From: Candidatus Omnitrophota bacterium
Lineage (GTDB): Bacteria; Omnitrophota; Gorgyraeia; Zapsychrales; Fredricksoniimonadaceae
Assembly (NCBI GenBank): GCA_903901225.1
Contig: CAIUQE010000011.1
Location: 1,453-65,452, forward strand
Direction of reading: 5' to 3'
Length of the DNA stretch: 64,000 nt
The notes under the pieces are model-generated. The model saw only the letters and a program-made list of their open reading frames with translations. It was not told the DNA's origin and searched no databases. This document shows positions 29,268-38,904 of the stretch, one piece after another. A program made the position numbers and the translations under genes. Position 1 is the stretch's first letter, and every line of letters starts with the position of its first letter.

Positions 29268-30281
29268 TTAAGACGCCCCGACGGGCAGACAGGAATCGCG
29301 CACCACAAGTTCCGGGTCGAGCGCGACCCTGTATTTCTGGTCGCGCTTGCCGGTGACCATCTCGTGCAGCACGCGCACGCTTTTTTCGGCCATCTCAAAG
29401 ACCGGCTGGCGGATGGTCGTCAACGCCACGGGCCCGTAAATGGCCTGCGGGTTATCGTCAAAACCCATGACCGAAATATCCTCGGGGACGCGAATTCCCA
29501 TTTCATAGGCCACGGCGATGACCTCCAGCGCCATGTCATCGCTGTGCGCGAAGACAGCGGTCGGCCGGCGGGCATCGTCCATGGAAAAGAAATATTCCGC
29601 CGCCTGCCGGGCGCTGCGCCTGGAATAATCGCCATTGAACACAAGTTCCTTGGAGATCGCCACCTTCAGCTCGTCGATCCCCTTCATGAAACCGTCAAAC
29701 CGGTCAAAGCCCGCCTGCGTCCTGAGGTTCCCCGTGATGACCGCGATCCTGCGATGGCCAAGGCTGACGAGGTATTCCGCCGCAAGCTTGCCTCCCTTGA
29801 AATTATTGATGGCGATATAACTGACATCAATGTCCTCGACAACATTATTGATGACCAGGCAGGGGACATTCTCGTCGTGCGCCTGCTGGACCTGTTTGGC
29901 ATTCTCAATGATATCCGCGAAAATGACCCCGCCGAGGTAACTCGTATTCAGCGGGTTGTTCCCGTCACTGATATGGAAGACCATGTCCAGCCGCAGCGAT
30001 TCGCAGGCATGCCCGACGCCGCGGATGATCTCGATGGCAAAAAAAGAATGAAAAATGCCCGGGTACCCCGGCATGACAAGCCCAATGGTATTGTTGGTGC
30101 CGCTGGCCAGGCGCTGCGCGCTGATATTCGGGCGGTATTTCAACTCCGCGATGGCCTGGTCGACCTTCTTGATATTTCTGGGATTAACCGAGGGGAACTT
30201 GTTGATGACGCGCGAGACAGTCGTTATGGAGACCTTCGCGCGGCGGGCCACGTCTTTAATGCTGATGCGATTGGATGCCAC
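29268..30281 (-). CDS. LacI-family transcriptional regulator
   Basis: HTH IKDVARRAKVSITTVSRVIN, hinge YRPNISAQRL and VPEDISVMGFDD. Confidence 0.95.
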   Translation of the reverse strand: MASNRISIKDVARRAKVSITTVSRVINKFPSVNPRNIKKVDQAIAELKYRPNISAQRLASGTNNTIGLVMPGYPGIFHSFFAIEIIRGVGHACESLRLDMVFHISDGNNPLNTSYLGGVIFADIIENAKQVQQAHDENVPCLVINNVVEDIDVSYIAINNFKGGKLAAEYLVSLGHRRIAVITGNLRTQAGFDRFDGFMKGIDELKVAISKELVFNGDYSRRSARQAAEYFFSMDDARRPTAVFAHSDDMALEVIAVAYEMGIRVPEDISVMGFDDNPQAIYGPVALTTIRQPVFEMAEKSVRVLHEMVTGKRDQKYRVALDPELVVRDSCLPVGAS

Positions 30282-30287
30282 GGCTCG

Positions 30288-31685
30288 TCACCTTACGGTA
30301 TCGCCGACGGAGAAAGGAGCAAGTTTTTGCTTGATGTCAGCGGCAGAGATGTCCTGGCGGACCTGGATGACCTCGACGGAACCGATCTGCGCGCCGTTAT
30401 GGTAAACGCCGAGCGCGTCACCGACGCGGATGCCGGTCTTATCGCCAAGGCTGACAATGATGAAATTGTTCTCGTCATTGACGCTCACGACACTGCCCTG
30501 AAAATTCCTGGGGGCGGCGGCCGCGGCCTGGGACGCCGCCTTCCGGGCGCCGCCTTTTTTGCTGCTGACGACAATGGGCGCCAGTTCGACTTCACCTGAA
30601 GGTGTCCGCGTGTTCTTCGCGCCATCCGCGCCAAAACGGGTGTCAATGTCCTTCTTGATCTGCCACATCTCATCAACGCGGGACTGGATAACGCTCTCCG
30701 TCTCGGATAGTTTCTTTTCGATCGACGCTTTTTCTTCCGACAGCGTGGAAACGCTCTTCTCAAGCGCCACTTTCGTCGTCGTCAACTGCTTGATGTTGAA
30801 CCGCAGTTGCTGGTTCTCGGCAAGCAGTTGGTCGGAGCGGTCCTGGGAAAGTTTTTGCTCATTACGGGCGCGCGCCAGTTCGACGGAAATATTGTCAGCC
30901 AGGTCTTCGCCATACTTGATCTTGCGGATGATCGCCTCTTTCTCGTTCTTGATGCGTCCTAACTCGATCTCAAGGTCGGAGTTGCTCTTTTTGAGGTCGG
31001 TGACAAAAAGTGTCGAATCATTGAGCTGCGTCTTGATTTTCTGCAACTCCAGTTCAAGCCCCGCCTTTTCACGGACAATGGCGGCCCAGTATTTCTCATT
31101 CTCGCGTCCCGCCGTTTCGGACGACGCGCCGAACATATCCTTTACCGCCTGCCCCGGCGTAACCCCGTCGGGATTTCCGGCAGCGGAGGCCGTCGCGCCT
31201 GGCAGAACCCCTGCCCCGCTCGCGTCAACGCCAACTCCCGTGGCACTGTCACGGTAAACGATCTTTTCGACGACTTTTTCCGGGCGGTTCTTGAGGTCCG
31301 TGACCTGCTTGATCAGGTCGTCCCGCTCCCGGCGAAGATTCTCGATCTTGCCGTCAAGGACTTCGCCATTCCTGCGCGCCTTGTCAACATCCCGCGACAA
31401 CTGCTCCGCGTCGCTCTTGGCCGCGTCAACTTTTCTCAACAGGTCGGCATTATCCGCGTTGCGCTGATCAAGGTCCCACTTGAACCTGGCGGAATCATCC
31501 TGCAGGGTCTTTATTTTTTTCTGGTATTCGGTGGATTTTGCTTCGTAGTCGGCAACTTCGGAGGTCAGGGAAGCGACGCGCGTTTCGGCATTCTGTTTCT
31601 GAAGATAAAATACGATCGCGAAAGCAACGCTGAGAACAATAAGAACGCCCAGGATCAGGATGCTCTGCTTGATTTGTTTGTCCAT
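30288..31685 (-). CDS. Membrane-anchored coiled-coil protein with C-terminal small beta domain
   Basis: Single N-terminal TM and two long heptad segments. C-terminal GSVVSVN..NFIIVSLG..GIRVGD beta domain (FlgT-C-like pattern). GGAG RBS before the ATG at 31685. Confidence 0.75.
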   Translation of the reverse strand: MDKQIKQSILILGVLIVLSVAFAIVFYLQKQNAETRVASLTSEVADYEAKSTEYQKKIKTLQDDSARFKWDLDQRNADNADLLRKVDAAKSDAEQLSRDVDKARRNGEVLDGKIENLRRERDDLIKQVTDLKNRPEKVVEKIVYRDSATGVGVDASGAGVLPGATASAAGNPDGVTPGQAVKDMFGASSETAGRENEKYWAAIVREKAGLELELQKIKTQLNDSTLFVTDLKKSNSDLEIELGRIKNEKEAIIRKIKYGEDLADNISVELARARNEQKLSQDRSDQLLAENQQLRFNIKQLTTTKVALEKSVSTLSEEKASIEKKLSETESVIQSRVDEMWQIKKDIDTRFGADGAKNTRTPSGEVELAPIVVSSKKGGARKAASQAAAAAPRNFQGSVVSVNDENNFIIVSLGDKTGIRVGDALGVYHNGAQIGSVEVIQVRQDISAADIKQKLAPFSVGDTVR

Positions 31686-31733
31686 GAATGCTCCGGCCAC
31701 CAGGATACGGATAATAGGATTAGAACACTTGGA

Positions 31734-31762
31734 ATATTAACAAAGGAAAGGGGGAGACTCAA
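31734..31762 (-). promoter_or_regulatory. Putative sigma70 promoter
   Basis: TTGAGT-N17-TAATAT with TGn extension, on the minus strand. Confidence 0.45.
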
Positions 31763-31780
31763 GGGAAAAAAAGATTATTT

Positions 31781-32437
31781 TTACTCGAAACGGATATCGT
31801 CAAGATATAACGTGCAGTGATGCGGATTGGCGTCCACGTTCGCGACCCATTCAAAGCCGCCGCTGATATACGACAGATCCTTGCCGCGCAGGTCAATGGT
31901 GTATTCTTTCCATTGTTTCGTAAGGATAACAGGCCCTATGCTGACCGTATCGCTGTCCGGATAATTCTGGTTGGCCCCAAGCCCGCCGACGCGGAATTCT
32001 TCGAGGCGCTCCCCGCCCATCTCACCCTTGGCCCAGAAAACAAGGCGGGTAGCCCCCGTCAGGTTATAACCGCCCTTCCTGGCGCCCCAGTTGTCCGCCG
32101 GGTTCTGCCAGTAAACACCGACCCATTTTCGCCCTTCGGCGGAACAGACCACATCATAAACAATGCGCAGGCAGGTTTTGCCTTCCTTGACATCATTCTG
32201 CCAGCCATCATCCACGGTCACGCATTGCCCGTCAGGCATGTAGCCCGATGGCGTGAAACGATTCCTGGAACTCTTGTCCTGATAGACATAAAACGGCGGG
32301 AACGCTTTGACCGCTGTTGTGACAACAGCCGCCTGCGCTGTCCTTGCGCCGGCGGTGCCCGGCGTGTCTTTGGAACACGCCGAGGCGCCCGCGGCAAGGA
32401 TCAAAATACCTGCGAAATATGCAGTTACCTTCCTCAT
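31781..32437 (-). CDS. Lipoprotein with galactose-binding-like (CBM11/CIA30-like) beta-sandwich
   Basis: Lipobox ASAC. Motifs PSGYM, WVGVYW, GYNLTGATRLVFWAKG, LTKQWKEYTIDL and YLDDIRFE. Confidence 0.75.
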   Translation of the reverse strand: MRKVTAYFAGILILAAGASACSKDTPGTAGARTAQAAVVTTAVKAFPPFYVYQDKSSRNRFTPSGYMPDGQCVTVDDGWQNDVKEGKTCLRIVYDVVCSAEGRKWVGVYWQNPADNWGARKGGYNLTGATRLVFWAKGEMGGERLEEFRVGGLGANQNYPDSDTVSIGPVILTKQWKEYTIDLRGKDLSYISGGFEWVANVDANPHHCTLYLDDIRFE

Positions 32438-32439
32438 TA

Positions 32440-33363
32440 TTACTTCTTCGCCACAGGAACAGCCGCTTCCAGCTCAACGATCTTCTGCTGCGCCGCTTCC
32501 GCGGGCTTCCAGAACCAGCCGTTCGGGTCCCAGCACTGCGCGTAAAGATAATCGCTCACGACACGCTTGAACGCGGCAATAGCCTCGTCTTTCTTGTCAG
32601 CGATGCGATACGCCTCGCCTAAAATGAACATGCCCGTGCCGACATCGTTGAGCGCCCAGAAAGAATGTATCTTTTCAGGGGACTCCCACGCGTATTCGGT
32701 CATCGACGCCTGCATTTTCTTCGCGGTATCGCCGTAAACCGATACCAGCTTCGCGTTGTACGCGATCACCAGGTTAAGGTCCTTCTTGGCCAGCGCGTCC
32801 CAGAGCCTGCTCACGATCGTCGCCGAGGACATGTTCCCGAAATCAAGGTCCAGCCCTTTTTCGATCATGGAGATCCTGTCATTCGCCGCGTCCACGGGCT
32901 TCCAGAACGACTTGTTGCCCGGGTCATAGCACTGCCCGAAAGAAAATTCCTTGATAACGCGCTGGAACACGGCCTTGGCCTGATCCGTCTGCTTGGCCTG
33001 ACGGTATGCCTCACCCTGGATATAAAGGCACGTGGCCACGTCATTAAGGGCCCAGAAAGAAAACACCTTCTGGTCATCCCCGGCAGGAAATTCCTTCAGG
33101 TCCGCCTGCATTTTCGCGGCGGCCGCCCCGTAAAGCTCAACGCATTTATTGGTGTAGACCAGGACAGCCTCGAGATTCTTGTCCGTGAGGGCCTGCCAGG
33201 CTTTCGTGGCCAGCGTCGAAGACCTGAAATCGCCGAATTTATACGACGGCGCCGCTGCCGCTCCCGCGCCCGCGCCCGGGATCGGGGTCGCCTGGGCATG
33301 CGCGAACTGGATCCCCGCGGGAGCCATGAACAACGCACAAATGATAACTGCCAACTTCTTCAT
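32440..33363 (-). CDS. Secreted protein of two tandem TPR-like modules
   Basis: AGGAGG before MKKLAVII, signal peptide ending AHA. Two copies of W.AL..K..........Y...A.KMQA....FWALNDV....GEAY......A...F.RV......QC.DP...FWKP..AA. Confidence 0.8.
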   Translation of the reverse strand: MKKLAVIICALFMAPAGIQFAHAQATPIPGAGAGAAAAPSYKFGDFRSSTLATKAWQALTDKNLEAVLVYTNKCVELYGAAAAKMQADLKEFPAGDDQKVFSFWALNDVATCLYIQGEAYRQAKQTDQAKAVFQRVIKEFSFGQCYDPGNKSFWKPVDAANDRISMIEKGLDLDFGNMSSATIVSRLWDALAKKDLNLVIAYNAKLVSVYGDTAKKMQASMTEYAWESPEKIHSFWALNDVGTGMFILGEAYRIADKKDEAIAAFKRVVSDYLYAQCWDPNGWFWKPAEAAQQKIVELEAAVPVAKK

Positions 33364-33449
33364 GTCACTACCTCCTGTTAGGTTTGAGTTTTTTTGATAC
33401 CCTTTTTTGTTTCCAAAAAAATGTAAACGTAAGTATGACACATTTTCGG

Positions 33450-35768
33450 CTATTTTGCCACTTTACCGGTCCACATCAGCTGGTACGTGAAATACGCCTT
33501 GTGCAGCTGCCGCAGGAGAGGGCTTTGCGCCCCGTCCCCCTGTCCTGTCAGGCCGAACCATTCTTCAAAATAATACCCCCCCGCGAACGGCCCGAAAACA
33601 TCGGCTTTGGTATCATGCCGGGACGGCTCATAATTTTTCCACCATTCATCAAGCCATTCAAAAGCCACCCCGCCGACAGCGTTGCCTTCGCCTTCGGCGT
33701 GCCCCGCGGAATTGGCCAGGATGTCCATCCAGCTGCCGCGGTGATAATCCGCCTGGGCCGCCTGGGCATCCTCATCGCTTGAGAACTTGGAATAACCTGG
33801 CGCGCCATACTCCGTGATGAATGCCGGACGATCAACCGCTTCCCGTACTTCATCCCAGAAAGACCCAAAGCCGTAATCCCCGCGATACACATTTCCGCCA
33901 TAAACATCCACATCCGGCGCGTATTGCGCCATCTTGTCGACAAAAAGCGTGTCGCCGTTGCAAACCGCCACCGGATGGTCGGGATCGATCTCCTTGATGC
34001 GTTTGGCCACCTGGTTAACGAACTTGAAGTACGCGTCCGGCTTCTTGTCCGCGTTCGAAGCGACACCGTAATTGTTCTCGTTGCCCAGAAGCCATAACAG
34101 GACAAACGGCTCGTCCTTAAGCTCCTTCACCGTGGCTTCGACCGCCTTCATCATGTTCGCCTGATGCTGCGGATTCTCATAATCGGTACCGGGATTCCAG
34201 TCCGCGCCTGAGCCGATGGCATACTTGCCCAGAAAGTTTTCGATGATCGCCATGATGCCGTACTTATTATAAAGCTCCCGCAGGAGTTCTTTGTTGATCT
34301 TGTTGTTATCATACACGCGGAGCGTGTTGACCCCCATGTCTTTCATCAGCTGAAAATCACCGACAGCCTTTTCACCGGGATCCTGCACATTATTAAGATT
34401 CTTGTCAACCCAGGCCAGGTGTGCGCTGTCCGCCTGCTGGTACATCCAGTTCTCCAGCGTGCCCTTGTCAGGCGACTGGCCGATCTTCGTCGGCGCGTAG
34501 GTCACGCCCCTGATCATGAAGGGCTTGCCGTTGACCAGCATCTGCCAGTGCCCGTTGGCATACTGCACGAACTTCACCTTCTTCCCGCCGATGGTACGTT
34601 TGACGGCGCCGCATTTGACAATATCCCCCTTGAGCGGGTCTTCAGGCTTCCGCAAGGCCGTGATCACCCCCGGATCAACGATAAAAATATCATTCGCCGT
34701 GTCCTTGTCCGCGCCGTTGATCACGCGCACTTTCCCGCCTTTGTACTTCAGCTTCAACTCGGGATGGAAACGGATGATGTTCTTGATCTTGGCCGCGGCC
34801 GCCTGGGCGGGATACCAGGGCGTTTGCCAGTAGGTCATGCCGAACGTCCTTGGAAAATGAACAACAAGGGCATGGTACGCCTTGATCGCCTCGACGTACA
34901 ATTTTGACCGCTCCAGGGTCTGCGCGGTATAAAAAAGCTTGACCCCCGGATTCTCCTGCGCCGTGCCCCATTTATAGAAAGAAGCCTCCAGGTCACGCGT
35001 GTTGACATGGTCCCAGTGGCTGCCGTTCAAACGCCCCTGCTTATAAACCTCCCTGTACCGCGGGTCTTTAAGGATATCCGCGGTGTTGGGATAAACACCC
35101 TCTCCCGTGGCGACGGCAAGGATGGCGGGATTACCCATATGATACGCGTAATCCTTCGTCCCGATCCCGGAAAACTTCCCGTATTTGGTATAGTCGATCA
35201 CCGCGTCTTTACCGGGCTTCGCGAGGACCGGCAGCAACAACGGCGCCTGACGCGCCGCCGCTTCCTTTGCCTCGCTGACGCCCGTCAGCTGGTCCGTGAT
35301 GATCCTGGATTTTTCCGCGATCGACCAGTACCCGCCACGGCTGGCATCCCAGGCCTGGCTGTAAGGATACTCCTTGACGATCTCCTGCGCGAGCGCCACG
35401 GCTTCTTCCGTCTTGCCCTGCCCCCTCAAGCCTTCCAGGCGGACAAAATGGATGACCGCCACGTCGTTCATCACTTTATACGCGTCGATCTTCTCGCGCG
35501 TTGGGAAATCGGTCAATCCCGCGTGCAGCGCCATGGCCTGCGGCTCGTAAGCCTTGAGAGCATCCGTAAAGATCTGCTCGAGCCCGATATAATCCCCCCT
35601 GTGCAGCGCGTCCCAGGCCAGACCCGCCATTTCTCCCGATGATCTGATCGGCGCTTCCACGGCCACGGGGACTTGCGGAACAGGGGCCGTCTCAGCCTTC
35701 ACGCCAGCCGCAACCGACGTCAAAAGAACGCAAAAGATGACAAATGACGAACACACTTTTCTATCCAT
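33450..35768 (-). CDS. Secreted clan GH-A glycoside hydrolase (GH2/GH158-like TIM barrel) with N-terminal TPR-like modules
   Basis: Motifs LVNGKPFMIRGVTY, MGVNTLRVY, acid/base WLLGNEN, nucleophile ITEYG, FEWLDEWWK and EEWFGL. Confidence 0.85.
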   Translation of the reverse strand: MDRKVCSSFVIFCVLLTSVAAGVKAETAPVPQVPVAVEAPIRSSGEMAGLAWDALHRGDYIGLEQIFTDALKAYEPQAMALHAGLTDFPTREKIDAYKVMNDVAVIHFVRLEGLRGQGKTEEAVALAQEIVKEYPYSQAWDASRGGYWSIAEKSRIITDQLTGVSEAKEAAARQAPLLLPVLAKPGKDAVIDYTKYGKFSGIGTKDYAYHMGNPAILAVATGEGVYPNTADILKDPRYREVYKQGRLNGSHWDHVNTRDLEASFYKWGTAQENPGVKLFYTAQTLERSKLYVEAIKAYHALVVHFPRTFGMTYWQTPWYPAQAAAAKIKNIIRFHPELKLKYKGGKVRVINGADKDTANDIFIVDPGVITALRKPEDPLKGDIVKCGAVKRTIGGKKVKFVQYANGHWQMLVNGKPFMIRGVTYAPTKIGQSPDKGTLENWMYQQADSAHLAWVDKNLNNVQDPGEKAVGDFQLMKDMGVNTLRVYDNNKINKELLRELYNKYGIMAIIENFLGKYAIGSGADWNPGTDYENPQHQANMMKAVEATVKELKDEPFVLLWLLGNENNYGVASNADKKPDAYFKFVNQVAKRIKEIDPDHPVAVCNGDTLFVDKMAQYAPDVDVYGGNVYRGDYGFGSFWDEVREAVDRPAFITEYGAPGYSKFSSDEDAQAAQADYHRGSWMDILANSAGHAEGEGNAVGGVAFEWLDEWWKNYEPSRHDTKADVFGPFAGGYYFEEWFGLTGQGDGAQSPLLRQLHKAYFTYQLMWTGKVAK

Positions 35769-35807
35769 AATAAAACTTGTCTCACGTGAACGATGGTTTG
35801 TATTTAT

Positions 35808-36653
35808 TTAGCCAACAAGCGCGCCGGAAGAAAGTCCTTTAACAATGTGTTTTTGCATCAGAAGGTAAATCCCGATAATGGGGACCGCCGTTATGGTGAG
35901 CCCGGCCATCAACACAGGATAGTCCACCTGATAAGCACCATTGAAGACCATGAGCCCCCTCTGCAACGGCATCAGGTCATTCTCATTCAAAAGCAGCGCC
36001 GCCAGGATATATTCGTTCCAGACGTTCAGCGCATTGTAAATAACAACGACCGCCAGCGCCGGCGCCGCCAGCGGCATGGCCACGTGCCACCATATCTGCA
36101 GGCTGTTGCACCCGTCAATGCGCGCGGCATCCTCAAGGTCAGAAGGCATCTTGTCGAAGAACGTCTTGAGCAGGAAAATACTCAGGGGAAGCCCGACGTT
36201 GATCATGCACAGGATATAACCGAAACGGGTATTGGTCAAATGAAGTTTGTTCATCATCACGAACAGAGGCACAAAGCTCCCCGGCAACGGGATCATCATC
36301 GCCGCGATGAAAATATAGAACAGCACGTTGCGTCCCGGAAAAGACAGGCGGGAAAAAGCGAACGCCGCCAGCGACGCGACCAGGACAATGCCCGTGACAA
36401 CGCAGACAGTATAAACCATGCTGTTAAAAAAATAAACACCGAAATTACCGCGGGTCCAGGCCAGCGCGTAATTGTGCCAGTTGAGCTCGCGGGGGATCAG
36501 CGATTGGTCAACAAAGATCGTGGTATTCGACATAAAGGAGGAGCGCAACATCCAGAAGACCGGAAATAGACAGGCCACCGTCATGGCCATCAGGAACAGA
36601 TGGAGCGCGGTGCTCTTGCAAAAACTCTCTATGGCGTAACGGTTCCTGAACAT
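35808..36653 (-). CDS. Carbohydrate ABC transporter permease (MalG-like)
   Basis: EAA loop LEDAARIDG, YFFNS and WNEY, with 6 TM helices. Confidence 0.93.
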   Translation of the reverse strand: MFRNRYAIESFCKSTALHLFLMAMTVACLFPVFWMLRSSFMSNTTIFVDQSLIPRELNWHNYALAWTRGNFGVYFFNSMVYTVCVVTGIVLVASLAAFAFSRLSFPGRNVLFYIFIAAMMIPLPGSFVPLFVMMNKLHLTNTRFGYILCMINVGLPLSIFLLKTFFDKMPSDLEDAARIDGCNSLQIWWHVAMPLAAPALAVVVIYNALNVWNEYILAALLLNENDLMPLQRGLMVFNGAYQVDYPVLMAGLTITAVPIIGIYLLMQKHIVKGLSSGALVG

Positions 36654-36654
36654 C

Positions 36655-37602
36655 TTATGCCTGCCTTAAACGGTTGAAGATCGCTTTCAACGTGAATGAT
36701 GCCGCCACAAGGATAACGCCGAAAATAACCGCCTGCGCGCAGGCATAACCGAACTGGTTCATGCCCGACATCGACGCCAGGATGCGCGTGACAGGAACCT
36801 CCGTGTGATATACCAGCCCCTGGTTGACCAGCGACAGAATCAGGACGAACACCTGCATCGACCCCAGGATGGTCAGGATCACCACGAGCAGGATCACGGG
36901 GATCATCATGGGGATCGTAATATTACAAAACATGCTCCAGCCGCCCGCGCCGTCAACTTTGGCCGCGTCATACAACTGGCGGTCAATGGTCTGCAATCCC
37001 GCGAGCAGCATGATGAAACCCCAGCCAAACCCTTTCCAGGCGTGCACCACGGCGATGCAGGTCAACGCGGTCGCGGGATCGGAAAGCCAGTTATGCACAA
37101 GGTTTGGAAAGCCGGTCTGGACGATGAAATTATTCAAAAGCCCTATCTGCTGGCCGCCCTGGGTGCCGGAGTTGAGGATCCAGTTCCACAGGATGCCCAC
37201 GACGATCTCGGAAAGCACGGGGGGGATGAAAAAAACCAGGCGGTAAAACCTTTTCAGGCGGATCTCGCGGTCGCAGGCCAGCGCCAGCGCGAACGCCAGC
37301 GCGTTCTGGAACGTGAGCGCGATGAGCGTGATATAACCCGCGTGGCCCATCGCGGACCACCAGACCTTATCGCCCAAAAGCTCCTGAAAATTCCGGAGCC
37401 CCACGAACGTTTTCGGGCCGATCCCCGGCCACTGGTGGAGGGAAAGATTGAACAGCTCGCAGAACGGATAAATATAGAAAACAGCAAAGATGGCCACCGC
37501 GGGAAGGACAAAAAGAAAATTCCTGAACGCGTCGCGCGCGGGGGGCCGATAACCGGAAAAATTTTGTCCCATAATCACATTCCCTGTATCCGGGCGGATC
37601 AT
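36655..37602 (-). CDS. Carbohydrate ABC transporter permease (MalF-like)
   Basis: Motifs FVGLRNF, LAGLQTI..LYDAAKVDGA and FGYACA. Start is 37602 (ATGA overlap) or 37572. Confidence 0.92.
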   Translation of the reverse strand: MIRPDTGNVIMGQNFSGYRPPARDAFRNFLFVLPAVAIFAVFYIYPFCELFNLSLHQWPGIGPKTFVGLRNFQELLGDKVWWSAMGHAGYITLIALTFQNALAFALALACDREIRLKRFYRLVFFIPPVLSEIVVGILWNWILNSGTQGGQQIGLLNNFIVQTGFPNLVHNWLSDPATALTCIAVVHAWKGFGWGFIMLLAGLQTIDRQLYDAAKVDGAGGWSMFCNITIPMMIPVILLVVILTILGSMQVFVLILSLVNQGLVYHTEVPVTRILASMSGMNQFGYACAQAVIFGVILVAASFTLKAIFNRLRQA

Positions 37603-38888
37603 TTCTTTTGCCGCGCCATCTGGCGGGCCTTGACGGCCTGCACGTCCCGCGCGACCTGTTCCGGTTCTTTCTCGCCGATAATAATCGCCTGGATACCCTT
37701 GTCGAACGTTTCGATAACGAGCGGGTCCTCGTTCAATTCCCAGACAGCGGGATGCGTCGCGTTCTCCATGGCTTTCAGAAAATCCCCGAGGATACGGGAT
37801 ACGCCGGCATTGACTTCGCAATTTGAAGGCAGATTATTGGTTTGCGCCGAGAGATATACTTGCTGAGGGGCTGCGGTCAACCAGCGCAGGAAGGCCACGG
37901 CCTTATCCCTGTTGGCCGATCTGTTATTGACAACAAAAGAAGACCCGGCCCCTCCCCAAACGCGCATCGGCGTCGCGGGCTTTATCGCGGGCAGCGGCAT
38001 GACGCCGAAATCAAGGTTCGGGTTCATGCTCTTGTAAATATTGACAGCCCACGAACCGTCAAAAGAAAAAGCGGCGCGTTCCAGCGCGAAATCCTGCTCC
38101 GCGTACTTGTTGCCTTTGGTCACGATGCCTTCGATGAACGCCTTGCGGCCGGCAAGGGTCTTGAACACGTTGAATACGGCGACCCACTCCGGGTCCGTGT
38201 AGGGGACCTCACCTCTGAACGTCGCCATGATCTTGGGCTCGCCCAGGATATTAAAGGCGTAATTGGACGCGAAACAATCGACGATCCACATTTCACCGAA
38301 GCCCGTCACCAGCGGCGAGATCCCCACGCGCCGGAGCGCGTCAACGTCTTTCAGGAGATCCTCGAAGGTGGCCGGAGGCCGGACAATGCCGGCTTTCTTC
38401 AGAAGGGCGCGGTTATAGATCAACTGGACATTGGAAACATCGATCGGCACCCCGTAAATGCCGGCAGGGACCTGGTAAACATTGCTCGCGGTGAAACGGT
38501 TGTTGTCGACCGCCTTAACGGAAAGGCTTTTTTCCCAGGCGCCGCCATCAGCCCGGAACGCCGGGGCCAGGTCCATCACATAGCCCTCTTTTATAAAAGA
38601 AGCGACAATAGCCCTTTTGTCAAGGATGCCGAAAATGTCCGGCAGGACACCGGCCTGGGCCGCGGCAAGGACTTTCTGAGTATAGGCGTCGGAAGGGGCG
38701 AAAAGGACAAGCTTGACCTTGATCCCGGTCTGCTGTTCATATTTTCCGGCAAGGGCCTCGAGCGCGTCCTGACGGTCCGTCATCCAGTGCCAGACCTCGA
38801 TCTCGTTGGCCGGCGCCTTCGCCGGCCCGCATCCAAAGGAGGCGAAAGCCAGGAACGCGCAACAGGCCAGGAAACCGATTTTTTTCAT
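37599..38888 (-). CDS. Sugar ABC transporter substrate-binding lipoprotein
   Basis: Lipobox SFGC. Motifs IEVWHW, PDIF, IYGVP..LIYNR and DFGVMPLP. Confidence 0.92.
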   Translation of the reverse strand: MKKIGFLACCAFLAFASFGCGPAKAPANEIEVWHWMTDRQDALEALAGKYEQQTGIKVKLVLFAPSDAYTQKVLAAAQAGVLPDIFGILDKRAIVASFIKEGYVMDLAPAFRADGGAWEKSLSVKAVDNNRFTASNVYQVPAGIYGVPIDVSNVQLIYNRALLKKAGIVRPPATFEDLLKDVDALRRVGISPLVTGFGEMWIVDCFASNYAFNILGEPKIMATFRGEVPYTDPEWVAVFNVFKTLAGRKAFIEGIVTKGNKYAEQDFALERAAFSFDGSWAVNIYKSMNPNLDFGVMPLPAIKPATPMRVWGGAGSSFVVNNRSANRDKAVAFLRWLTAAPQQVYLSAQTNNLPSNCEVNAGVSRILGDFLKAMENATHPAVWELNEDPLVIETFDKGIQAIIIGEKEPEQVARDVQAVKARQMARQKK

Positions 38889-38904
38889 GCATTTTCCTTA
38901 TTGA

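Noticed and set aside
33422-33434. TGTAAACGTAAGT as a second LacI operator
   Set aside because: Only one half-site matches, which is too weak without comparative data.
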